From: an uncultured Eubacteriales bacterium
GTDB lineage: Bacteria > Acidobacteriota > Aminicenantia > Aminicenantales > Aminicenantaceae
Assembly (NCBI GenBank): GCA_964445575.1
Contig: CAYULB010000001.1
Coordinates: forward strand, 12,805-76,804
Reading direction: 5' to 3'
Length of the DNA: 64,000 nt
Shown: one piece after another, positions 56,704 through 64,000 of the stretch
How the letters are laid out: each line of letters begins with the position of its first letter
Position numbering within the stretch: position 1 is the stretch's first letter
Program-made: the position numbers and the translations under genes
The notes under the pieces: generated by a model
The model's database searches: none
What the model was told of the DNA's origin: nothing
Seen by the model: only the letters and a program-made list of their open reading frames with translations

Positions 56704-56997
56704 TTAATGAAGCAAATGGCTTTTTTCAGATCTAATCGCCCAACTTATGGCTGGCTGAGAAAGATATCTTCTAAGAATTGGGTTTTCTTTTAATCCCAGT
56801 GGTTCAGGATTTCTTTCCAGCAGGGTTGTCATGTAATCTGTTTCTTTCTCTTGCTGAGGGACTGATTGCTCGGTGAATTCGCCCATATTTCCTTGGTTGA
56901 TAAACCAGGATGAGAAGCAAACAGGAACTTGATAAAGGGAGACCACGGATGAAACAAGAAAAAACAGAAAAATGCTCACTATGAAATGTCTTTTCAT
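56704..56997 (-). CDS. Small hypothetical exported or anchored protein upstream of the kinase gene
   Basis: 97 aa with one N-terminal hydrophobic helix (IVSIFLFFLVSSVVSL). No family recognised. A promoter-like TTGACA-17-TATCTT lies 7 nt upstream of the ATG. Confidence 0.4.
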   Translation of the reverse strand: MKRHFIVSIFLFFLVSSVVSLYQVPVCFSSWFINQGNMGEFTEQSVPQQEKETDYMTTLLERNPEPLGLKENPILRRYLSQPAISWAIRSEKSHLLH

Positions 56998-57004
56998 AGT
57001 TCTA

Positions 57005-57033
57005 AAGATAAAGATTTGTTAGGAATTTGTCAA
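57005..57033 (-). promoter_or_regulatory. Sigma70-like promoter abutting the small ORF / kinase operon (TTGACA-17-TATCTT, 7 nt to ATG)
   Basis: On the minus strand, TTGACA is the reverse complement of 57028-57033 and TATCTT that of 57005-57010. The ATG is the reverse complement of 56995-56997. Confidence 0.4.
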
Positions 57034-57098
57034 TATGCCTGGAGTGTTCAAAAGAAATGGAGATGTTGAGTTTTTTAATTTGCGATAAGTTCCTTCAA

Positions 57099-57127
57099 TT
57101 GACATGAACCAGAAGATAAATTAATAT
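57099..57127 (+). promoter_or_regulatory. Sigma70-like promoter candidate for the pilus operon (TTGACA-17-TAATAT)
   Basis: TTGACA at 57099-57104, a 17-nt spacer, TAATAT at 57122-57127. A 40-nt leader precedes the pilC ATG. Confidence 0.5.
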
Positions 57128-57167
57128 GGGAATGCTTGTCTCGAGGTCAGAGGTTTGATGATTAAGA

Positions 57168-58376
57168 ATGCCTTATTATAACTGCCGATTAGCTACGGAA
57201 AGGGGAGAAGTCTTTTCAAAAAGCTTTCTCGCTCCTACACCTGAAGACTGCCGGAGACATTTCAGGGAGAAAGGTTTTTGTATTCTCTCCATAAAACGTG
57301 ACTGGAAAAGAATAAAGATCCATTTGTTTTCTAAGGAAAGCAAGCTTAAAGATAAAGACTTCCAGATGTTTAATCAGGAATTGGTAACACTTCTTCGGGC
57401 AGGATATCCTGTTCTAAAAAGTATTGAGATCATTATAGATCGCATAAAAAATACAAAACTCAAAGAAATATTGATGAGAGTGGAGGATAGAGTCAAGAGC
57501 GGCCTCTCCCTTTCCGAAGCTTTTTCAGAACACCCCCACACGTTTTCTTCAGTTTATATTGCTTCGGTTATGGCCGGAGAAAAAGGGGGGAATTTACCAG
57601 AAACCATCAGTCGTTATGTTGAATACAATAAGGTCCTTTCCCAGGCTAGGGAGAAAATAAAAACTGCCTTGATGTACCCCACCTTGCTGGTCATCTTTTC
57701 TTTTGCCCTTATTCTGCTTTTGCTTAATTTCATAATCCCAAGATTTTCTGATTTTTATTCTGGATTTGGGGCTAGGCTTCCCTTTATCACTCGAGCTTTG
57801 ATATCTTTTTCTATGTCTGTACAGAGATTTTTTCCTCTGCTCATCATATTGGCTCTATTGTTGTTGGTGGCTTATTTCCACATGAACAAGAGAGAAAAAT
57901 TTGTTGTTTGGATAGACAAATTAAAGCTAAGACTGCCTTATGGAGGAATTATTATGAGAGAATCCTCCATTTCTCTTTTCTGCCGGACTTTAGGATTACT
58001 GCTGAGCGGAGGGATTTCATTATTGTCTTCCCTTGACATCGCTCGTCAGTCAGTATCCAATAGATATGTATTTTACAGCATGAGAAATCTTCAAGACCAT
58101 ATAAAAAACGGAGAAAATATTTCCACTGCTCTTGAAAAAACAGAGTGTTTTTCACCCTTGGCCTTGGATATGATTAAGGTCGGGGAAACATCTGCCAATC
58201 TGGAAGGGATGCTGTTTGATATTGCTGACGTCTATAGACAAAGGGTTCAAACCAGAGTTGACAGGTTTGTTTCTTTAATTGAACCCGTTATCATTGTACT
58301 GATGGGTCTAGTAGTAGCGGGTATGCTTTTATCTGTTTATTTGCCGATTTTTAATATCATAAGAGTGACTGGATAA
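57168..58376 (+). CDS. pilC: Type IV pilus / type II secretion platform protein (GspF/PilC family)
   Basis: Two GspF-type repeats, three TM helices, and the typical N-terminus. 402 aa. Confidence 0.9.
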   Translation: MPYYNCRLATERGEVFSKSFLAPTPEDCRRHFREKGFCILSIKRDWKRIKIHLFSKESKLKDKDFQMFNQELVTLLRAGYPVLKSIEIIIDRIKNTKLKEILMRVEDRVKSGLSLSEAFSEHPHTFSSVYIASVMAGEKGGNLPETISRYVEYNKVLSQAREKIKTALMYPTLLVIFSFALILLLLNFIIPRFSDFYSGFGARLPFITRALISFSMSVQRFFPLLIILALLLLVAYFHMNKREKFVVWIDKLKLRLPYGGIIMRESSISLFCRTLGLLLSGGISLLSSLDIARQSVSNRYVFYSMRNLQDHIKNGENISTALEKTECFSPLALDMIKVGETSANLEGMLFDIADVYRQRVQTRVDRFVSLIEPVIIVLMGLVVAGMLLSVYLPIFNIIRVTG

Positions 58377-59995
58377 TGAAAAACAACAAAAAAAAAGAAC
58401 GAGAGGACATCATTAAAAAAGAGGAACTCAAGGCCAGAAAATTGGCTGAAAAATACAACGTTCCTTATAGAGACCTTTCCCATATTTCTATGAACAGGAA
58501 CCTTGTTCGATCATTTCCTGTTGATTTTCTTTATAGGTCGAAGTTTATTCCTCTAGAGGAAAACGAAAATTCAGTAAAAATAGCTATGAGTGATCCAACA
58601 GATATTTCTGTCATAGATTCTATTGAATCATTCTTGGGAAAAAAAGTGAGGGTTTACACTTCATCAGAAAGGGGAATCCTGGAAGCCCTGAGAAAGAGCG
58701 AAGCAGCCTCGCAGGTTCTTAAAGATGCTACCGAAGACTATGTGGTACAAATCATTGAAAAAGACGAACAGACAGATGAAGAAGCTATTTCAGCAGAGAA
58801 GCTGGCAGACCAGGATGGTTCTATAATAAAATTAGTGAATTCCATTATTTTTACTGCAGTCCAGAGAAGGGCCAGTGACGTCCATATTGAATCTAAAGAA
58901 GATGATTTGATTATTAAATACAGGATCGATGGAGTTCTCAGCGAAGCAGTGGATCGGATTGATAAGAAATTTCAATCTCCCATAATATCCCGTATTAAAG
59001 TGATGTCAGATTTGGATATTGCCGAACGCCGTATTCCCCAGGACGGAAAGTTCAGGCTTAAAGTAAAAGATAAGAGTATTGATTTTCGAGTATCTATAAT
59101 GCCCAGTATTTACGGAGAAGATGCTGTGATCCGGATACTTGATAAAGAGATGATAACTGAAGCTATTTCTGAATTGAGGCTGGATATGCTGGGATTTTCA
59201 GAGGGGATCATCAATACATTGAGAAGATATATTGTCAAGCCTTATGGGATGCTGCTGGTGACAGGTCCCACAGGAAGCGGAAAAACAACCACTCTTTACG
59301 CAGCTCTGACAGAAATAAAATCCCCTGAAGATAAGATTGTAACCATTGAAGACCCGGTGGAATATCAAATAGAAGGAATCACACAGATTCCGGTCAATGA
59401 AAAGAAAGGTTTGACTTTTGCCAGAGGCCTTCGTTCTATTTTAAGACATGACCCGGATAAAATTATGGTGGGAGAAATTCGTGACCCTGAGACAGCCCAG
59501 ATAGCCATTCAATCTTCACTAACCGGACATTTAGTATTCACAACGGTTCATGCCAACAATGTCTTTGATGTTATCGGACGTTTTCTGCACATGAAAGTTG
59601 ATCCCTATAGTTTTATCTCTGCTCTCAACGGGGTGCTTGCCCAACGCCTGGTAAGAGTGCTCTGTTCTAAATGCAAGAAGAGAGAAAGATACAGTGACCA
59701 GCTCTTGGAAGAGTCAGGATTGAACCCTGAAAAATACAGAGGTCATGTATTTTACAGGGAAGTGGGGTGTGAGGAATGTCATTATACTGGCTACAAGGGA
59801 AGGACAGCCATTGCTGAGTTTCTCGAGCTGTCTGATGAAATAAGAGAGATGATTCTGGATAAAAAACCTTTATCCGAAGTCAGAAAAAGAGCCAGGAAAG
59901 AAGGAATGATATTTTTAAGACAAATGGGAATGGAAAAAGTCCTCAAAGGAATCACCAGTTTAAGAGAACTGAATAAGGCAACTTTTGTGGAGTGA
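58376..59995 (+). CDS. pilB: Type IV pilus assembly / T2SS ATPase (GspE/PilB family)
   Basis: GspE N-terminal domain, Walker A GPTGSGKTTT, Asp box, Walker B IMVGEIRD, His box, tetracysteine CSKC..CEEC. Confidence 0.9.
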   Translation: MKNNKKKEREDIIKKEELKARKLAEKYNVPYRDLSHISMNRNLVRSFPVDFLYRSKFIPLEENENSVKIAMSDPTDISVIDSIESFLGKKVRVYTSSERGILEALRKSEAASQVLKDATEDYVVQIIEKDEQTDEEAISAEKLADQDGSIIKLVNSIIFTAVQRRASDVHIESKEDDLIIKYRIDGVLSEAVDRIDKKFQSPIISRIKVMSDLDIAERRIPQDGKFRLKVKDKSIDFRVSIMPSIYGEDAVIRILDKEMITEAISELRLDMLGFSEGIINTLRRYIVKPYGMLLVTGPTGSGKTTTLYAALTEIKSPEDKIVTIEDPVEYQIEGITQIPVNEKKGLTFARGLRSILRHDPDKIMVGEIRDPETAQIAIQSSLTGHLVFTTVHANNVFDVIGRFLHMKVDPYSFISALNGVLAQRLVRVLCSKCKKRERYSDQLLEESGLNPEKYRGHVFYREVGCEECHYTGYKGRTAIAEFLELSDEIREMILDKKPLSEVRKRARKEGMIFLRQMGMEKVLKGITSLRELNKATFVE

Positions 59996-60051
59996 ATCCG
60001 TCAAGTCATGGATAGAAAGATTGGCATATTTTTTAGGTTAATAATTTCAAA

Positions 60052-60987
60052 ATGACTCAGGCATGGGATAAAGTGATCGAGTTTTTTTCCAGACCCCCAA
60101 AACTTTTTTCTGGATTTTATTTTACATCTCACTGCATTTGTGGAGTGAGTTTTTCAAAAAAACACAGGAGTATTGCCGGCTATGATATACAGGCTCTTCC
60201 CAAAGGAGTGATTCTCCCATCTTTAAATGAAAAGAACATCACTGAAAAAGAGATTTTAAAGGAGGAGTTTTCAAAAGTATTAGAAAAGATAAGTTTGACC
60301 GGAGGGAACACAGCTTTGATTATCCCTGAACTGTCTCAGAAGACTTTTTCGTTCACTTTTGATAATCTTCCCGTATCTTCGATAGAAAAAGAACAGATTA
60401 TTCGATTCAGAATAAAAAAGAAAATGCCTTTTCTTCCTGATGACGCAAGGATTTCCTTTGACCTTATTCCCAGAGATAAAGGCATAAGGGTGGTGGCCCT
60501 TTTGACCAGGACCTATATAATCAAACAATATGAAGAGTTCTTCCGTCAGTTTGATTTAAAGGTGAGAACCGTTGTGCCCCCCTCTGTAGGTTTGATGAGT
60601 TTATTGGGATTTGAATCTGATGAGAAATTTTTGCTGGTAAATATTGAACTTGATTCCTTTTCTTTATCAGTGGTCAAAGATTGTGAATTGACTTTTTACA
60701 GACAAAAGAGATTTGATTTTGAGGGAGAAACAAGGTTTAGTGTTCAGGATAAAACTGAAGATATATTTCAAGAAATTGAAAACACTCTGAATTTTATAGA
60801 TGAGGGTGAAGAAGATAAAGAGATGAAATTATGGATAAGAGGAGGAGTTGAGGAATTTGAACTGTTTTTTAAAAGAGCTGGAAGCCAGTACAATTTTCCT
60901 ATAAAGAGAATAGGCTCCTGTCTTGATATGGGATTGGATGTTGAAGAAACTGAAAAATTATCTCCTATTCTCGGGGTATTGTTATGA
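60052..60987 (+). CDS. pilM: PilM-like actin-fold pilus assembly protein
   Basis: About 310 aa, cytoplasmic, directly preceding a PilN-like bitopic protein whose start overlaps its stop. Weak motif-level similarity only. Confidence 0.6.
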   Translation: MTQAWDKVIEFFSRPPKLFSGFYFTSHCICGVSFSKKHRSIAGYDIQALPKGVILPSLNEKNITEKEILKEEFSKVLEKISLTGGNTALIIPELSQKTFSFTFDNLPVSSIEKEQIIRFRIKKKMPFLPDDARISFDLIPRDKGIRVVALLTRTYIIKQYEEFFRQFDLKVRTVVPPSVGLMSLLGFESDEKFLLVNIELDSFSLSVVKDCELTFYRQKRFDFEGETRFSVQDKTEDIFQEIENTLNFIDEGEEDKEMKLWIRGGVEEFELFFKRAGSQYNFPIKRIGSCLDMGLDVEETEKLSPILGVLL

Positions 60988-61550
60988 GAAGCAAAATCCG
61001 TTTGAATCTGAACCTTGCTGAGAGCCCTTTAAAGAATAAAAATCTGTTTTATTTCCTTTTGTTTTTTCTAGGGGGAATATCGATTTTATGGTTGATTTTG
61101 AGTTTGGCTGTTTTTTTTAATTACAGACAGCAAAATAATGATGCAAAAAGGGCCTTAACCAGGATTGAAAATAGAATAAGTTATGAGAGAAGAGAAGAAA
61201 GACGGTATTTAACAAGAGTCAATAATTTTGCCAAGGAAAATTATTCCAAGGCCAATTTCATCAATCACCTCATCATGAAGAAAAGTTTCTCCTGGACACA
61301 ATTGTTAACAGCTTTGGAAAAAGCTCTCCCTGATAATTGCTACATTGTTTCACTATCTCCTCTGGAAAAGGGAGATTCCACTTCAGAGCTCAGGTTCCAA
61401 GTTGCTTCGTCTGGGCTGGAACCTTTTTTTAGGTTTGTTAATAATTTATATGCCCTTGATTTTAGTGATTTTAGATTGATTAGAGAAGGAAAAGACAACC
61501 AAGGTAATTTTATAGCGGAGATATCATTGAACTATGGGAAGACTGATTGA
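60984..61550 (+). CDS. pilN: PilN-like bitopic inner-membrane pilus assembly protein
   Basis: Short basic N-terminus (LNLNLA..P motif), a single TM helix, then a coiled coil and a ferredoxin-like domain. Position fits. Confidence 0.6.
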   Translation: MRSKIRLNLNLAESPLKNKNLFYFLLFFLGGISILWLILSLAVFFNYRQQNNDAKRALTRIENRISYERREERRYLTRVNNFAKENYSKANFINHLIMKKSFSWTQLLTALEKALPDNCYIVSLSPLEKGDSTSELRFQVASSGLEPFFRFVNNLYALDFSDFRLIREGKDNQGNFIAEISLNYGKTD

Positions 61551-62094
61551 CCTTTTAGATTTAAAAGAGCGAAGGATAATCTTATCTGCGGGATTGTTTT
61601 TCATTGTAGTGGTGTTGTTCCATTTTTCGGTGGTAAGGAGTCAAGTAAAAGCCCTGGCCCACAACCAGGAAGCTCTGTCTGCTCAAAAAAAGGAACTGAC
61701 GAACCTAAAGAATTCTGTGACTGAAAAGAAGAAGGAATACGCAAGATGGATTGAAGCGGAAAAGGATATTGAATATGTGAAAGAAAATTATTTCTATCAC
61801 GGGAAAAGAAGCATTCGTGAGATAAGGCGGGACCTCGACAGATTGAAAACAAAAACAGGAATTGAGCTGGGGAGCCTGAAATACGAGTATGGTGAGAACA
61901 AAAATGAAAATGTTAATAAAGTGTCACTATCTTTTGATATTACAGGTACTTATCTTTTGATCAAAGAATTTCTATTGGAGACAGAAGTTCTAGAAAAATT
62001 TTTATATGTTGAAAAGATAAGATTTGAAAACATCGAGAAAAGGAGTGGGAAATTAAAAGTCGGAATTTCCCTTGCAGCTTATTATGTGGAATAA
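61534..62094 (+). CDS. pilO: PilO-like bitopic inner-membrane pilus assembly protein
   Basis: Single TM helix, coiled coil, C-terminal alpha/beta domain. Position fits. Confidence 0.5.
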   Translation: MGRLIDLLDLKERRIILSAGLFFIVVVLFHFSVVRSQVKALAHNQEALSAQKKELTNLKNSVTEKKKEYARWIEAEKDIEYVKENYFYHGKRSIREIRRDLDRLKTKTGIELGSLKYEYGENKNENVNKVSLSFDITGTYLLIKEFLLETEVLEKFLYVEKIRFENIEKRSGKLKVGISLAAYYVE

Positions 62095-62614
62095 AAAAAT
62101 AATAGCGTTTGCCGCAGCAGTGCCTCTAATCCTATTTTTTTCTACTGCTGAATCGATATTGAGCGCAGCCCAAAACAATCAGGATGAGGATCAGATAAAA
62201 AAAATTATCCGACTGGATCTATTAAAGCCGAAAACCAAGGAGATTGTTTTGCCTGTAAGAAATATTTTTACGGGTCAAAAGATAAATGAAACCAGTGCAT
62301 CAGACCAAGGTGGAAGCCTCAAGAAAGGAATTTCAGCTGGTGATTTAGGTCTCACAGCAGAATTGAGTGAGAAAAAAGAAGGATTGGCAGACAGAGAAAA
62401 AACCATGGCTTTTAACCTTAAATATCTTGGATATATTGCTTCTATGGAAAAAAAAGTTGCTTTGATTTTTTATGAAGGAGAAATCCTGGCTGTTGAAAAA
62501 GGTGCTATTCTCCCAGGTAGAGTAGAAGTGGTTGATGTAGCAGTGAGCTGTTTGGTGGTAAGGGAGCCTGGCTCAGAAAAGCTTGTCATAAAATTAGAGG
62601 GAGAAGAAAAATGA
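62084..62614 (+). CDS. PilP-like periplasmic protein
   Basis: ORF track 62072 (TTG start). ATG 62084 preferred. Signal/anchor, a disordered linker and a C-terminal beta-domain (YLGYIASMEKKVALIFYEGEILAVEKGAILPGRVEVVDV) similar to PilP. The stop overlaps the secretin ATG. Confidence 0.45.
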   Translation: MWNKKIIAFAAAVPLILFFSTAESILSAAQNNQDEDQIKKIIRLDLLKPKTKEIVLPVRNIFTGQKINETSASDQGGSLKKGISAGDLGLTAELSEKKEGLADREKTMAFNLKYLGYIASMEKKVALIFYEGEILAVEKGAILPGRVEVVDVAVSCLVVREPGSEKLVIKLEGEEK

Positions 62615-64000
62615 AAAAATATATATTTTTAGTGTTATCTGTATTGATTTTATGGGGCTGTGTGACTTTTAGTCCGCATTATAAAAACGGAACCAAAGCA
62701 GAAATGGCTAAAAATTGGGATGAAGCTATAAAATTTTATGAGAGAGCTCTGTTAGAGGATCCTAAGAATTCAGTTTACAGGCTGGCCCTTTTTCGGGCTC
62801 AGATTTCTGCCAGAAATTCTCATTTGTACCGAGCAAGACAGCTGGCTGCAAAGGAGAAAAAAGACAAAGCCCTTGATGAGTACCAGAAAGCACTTTCTTA
62901 TGACCCGGAGAATCAGATGATTTTAGAAGAGGTCCGGAGGTTGTCGCAGGGAGATGAGAAAAAAATAAAACCAGATAGAGAAAAAACAAAGTTTCCCCTA
63001 AAACTTGACGTCAGCGATGAGAAGGTAACATTAAAATTTATAGAGGAAGTTCAGCTTCGCTCTGTTATTAAGGCCCTTGGAAAGCATGCCGGTATCAACA
63101 TTTTATTTGATTCCCAGTTTAGGGATATGTCATTATCCATTGAACTTCAAGGCATGACCTTTCTTCAGGCTTTGAATACCCTTTGTTTGTCCTCTCAAAA
63201 TTTCTTTAGAATTATAGATGAAAACACAGTGTTGGTTGTCCCTGATACGCCTCAAAATAGAGAAAAATATGATGTTGTGGCTGTAAGAACCTTTTATCTT
63301 TCCAATATAGAGGCGAAAAATATTCAGGCCCCTTTGATGCAGATGCTTCGCAGTTTATCTCAAGTACCCAAGATAGCTGTCGATGAAACCTTGAATTCTA
63401 TAACCATAAAAGACAATCCTTATGTTCTGGAGACTGCTGAGAAACTGATAGAACTCTGGGACAAACCCAAAGGAGAGGTTGTCATTGACCTTGAAATCAT
63501 GGAAGTCTCACGCAAAAAAATGAGAAATCTGGGGCTTGATTTTGACTCTCATGTATTGGGATTTAAGTATGGAGGGAGTGGAGATTCAGGAGATTCTTCG
63601 GGATGGACGAACATGGGAAATATTGATTTCTCAAAGCTGGAAAATTACCAGATCAGCTTACCAGTGGCTTCTTTAAGGTTTTTAGAGACTGATGTTGATA
63701 CTAAGATTATTGCTCAGCCCAGGCTTCGGGGCATAGAAGGAGAAAAAATTGAATATTTAGTGGGGGATGAAGTGCCCATACCTCGGACCACCTTTTCTCC
63801 CATAGCTGCAGGGGGAGTCAGTCAACAGCCCATAACTTCTTTTGATTATAAAAATGTAGGAATAGAAATATACATAACACCTGAGATCCATTTTGAAAGG
63901 GAAATAACTTTGGAGATGGAGATAAAGATCAAAGCTCTGGGAGGTTCGGGGTACGGAGACCTCCCTATTATCACAACCCGCGAAGTAAAGAACACAATCC
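62611..64000 (+). CDS. pilQ: Secretin (PilQ/GspD family) with an N-terminal lipoprotein signal and a TPR-like module; 3' end beyond the window
   Basis: Not in the ORF track because no stop lies in the window. Hand translation: MKKYIFLVLSVLILWGC (lipobox), then TPR-like DEAIKFYERALLEDPKN..ALDEYQKALSYDPEN. N0/N1-like domains follow (VTLKFIEEVQLRSVIKALG.., VRTFYLSNIEAKNI..ITIKDNP). The secretin core is IAQPRLRGIEGEKIEYLVGDEVPIP..FDYKNVGIEIYITPEI. Confidence 0.85.
   Translation, partial: MKKYIFLVLSVLILWGCVTFSPHYKNGTKAEMAKNWDEAIKFYERALLEDPKNSVYRLALFRAQISARNSHLYRARQLAAKEKKDKALDEYQKALSYDPENQMILEEVRRLSQGDEKKIKPDREKTKFPLKLDVSDEKVTLKFIEEVQLRSVIKALGKHAGINILFDSQFRDMSLSIELQGMTFLQALNTLCLSSQNFFRIIDENTVLVVPDTPQNREKYDVVAVRTFYLSNIEAKNIQAPLMQMLRSLSQVPKIAVDETLNSITIKDNPYVLETAEKLIELWDKPKGEVVIDLEIMEVSRKKMRNLGLDFDSHVLGFKYGGSGDSGDSSGWTNMGNIDFSKLENYQISLPVASLRFLETDVDTKIIAQPRLRGIEGEKIEYLVGDEVPIPRTTFSPIAAGGVSQQPITSFDYKNVGIEIYITPEIHFEREITLEMEIKIKALGGSGYGDLPIITTREVKNTI

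Noticed and set aside
60021-60037. TTGGCATATTTTTTAGG between pilB and pilM as a sigma-54 promoter. I also scanned 32502-32711, 33711-33757 and 56998-57167 for GG-N10-GC elements.
   Set aside because: The -12 GC is missing (AG instead). No spacer in the window has a convincing TGGCAC-N5-TTGC match on either strand.
1-64000. tRNA, rRNA, tmRNA, RNase P RNA, SRP RNA, riboswitches or a T-box upstream of trpS or glnA
   Set aside because: I found no cloverleaf-like or otherwise recognisable conserved RNA motifs in any spacer by eye. trpS is internal to an operon with a 16-nt upstream gap. A covariance-model scan would be needed to be certain.

Overview
The window looks like a 64-kb chromosomal core region of an AT-rich diderm bacterium that I cannot place taxonomically. 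The diderm call rests on a secretin, a MacA-type adaptor, a PpiD-like chaperone and an SLH/TPR lipoprotein. All coordinates were counted by hand and may be off by a few nt. I support about 59 CDS, nearly all with recognisable housekeeping or envelope functions.

Gene content, left to right:
- pyrK (truncated at the left edge), an aminotransferase, ppdK, an HDAC-family enzyme and an M20 peptidase.
- A glycan cluster at 7.4-14.5 kb with five glycosyltransferases and a priming phosphoglycosyl transferase.
- A long minus-strand block: MacA-like adaptor, ABC ATPase, Yip1 membrane protein, DUF4388 protein, miaA, hflX, SLH/TPR lipoprotein and a CDP-alcohol phosphatidyltransferase.
- suhB, accBC, then ffh followed by rpsP, a KH-domain gene, trmD and rplS, then rnhB.
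- A 701-aa TPR protein, a domain-less sigma-54 activator, nhaC, iadA and ppiD.
- acd, HIT, an IHF/HU gene, rpsA, ispH, scpBA, trpS, an M50 protease, glnA, lrp and an M1-like peptidase.
- At the right end, a PDZ-containing histidine kinase with an NtrC-type regulator, divergent from a contiguous pilC-pilB-pilMNOPQ type IV pilus-like cluster. The secretin runs off the right edge.

I found no rRNA, tRNA, CRISPR array, transposase, phage gene or obvious defence island.

Observations most worth a second look:
1. A family of roughly 250-bp intergenic elements bounded by terminal inverted repeats, which I could not match to any repeat family I know. There are three full copies plus fragments. The elements have swappable hairpin cargo. 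Their pairing pattern fits RNA in the + sense (G-U wobbles, one compensatory pair). Each ends in an outward-facing promoter-like module.
2. A recurrent geometry in which a good -10 hexamer sits 6-8 nt from the start codon of operon-first genes that lack a Shine-Dalgarno. This implies leaderless mRNAs.
3. A YknX/Y/W-like ABC module with no FtsX permease.
4. rimM is missing from the rpsP-trmD-rplS operon, with a possible C-terminal relic left in the spacer.
5. A histidine kinase with lipobox, PDZ, multi-TM, GAF and PAS modules next to the pilus genes.
6. A secretin with an N-terminal lipoprotein/TPR module.

Nothing here was checked against a database. Family names are from motif recognition only.
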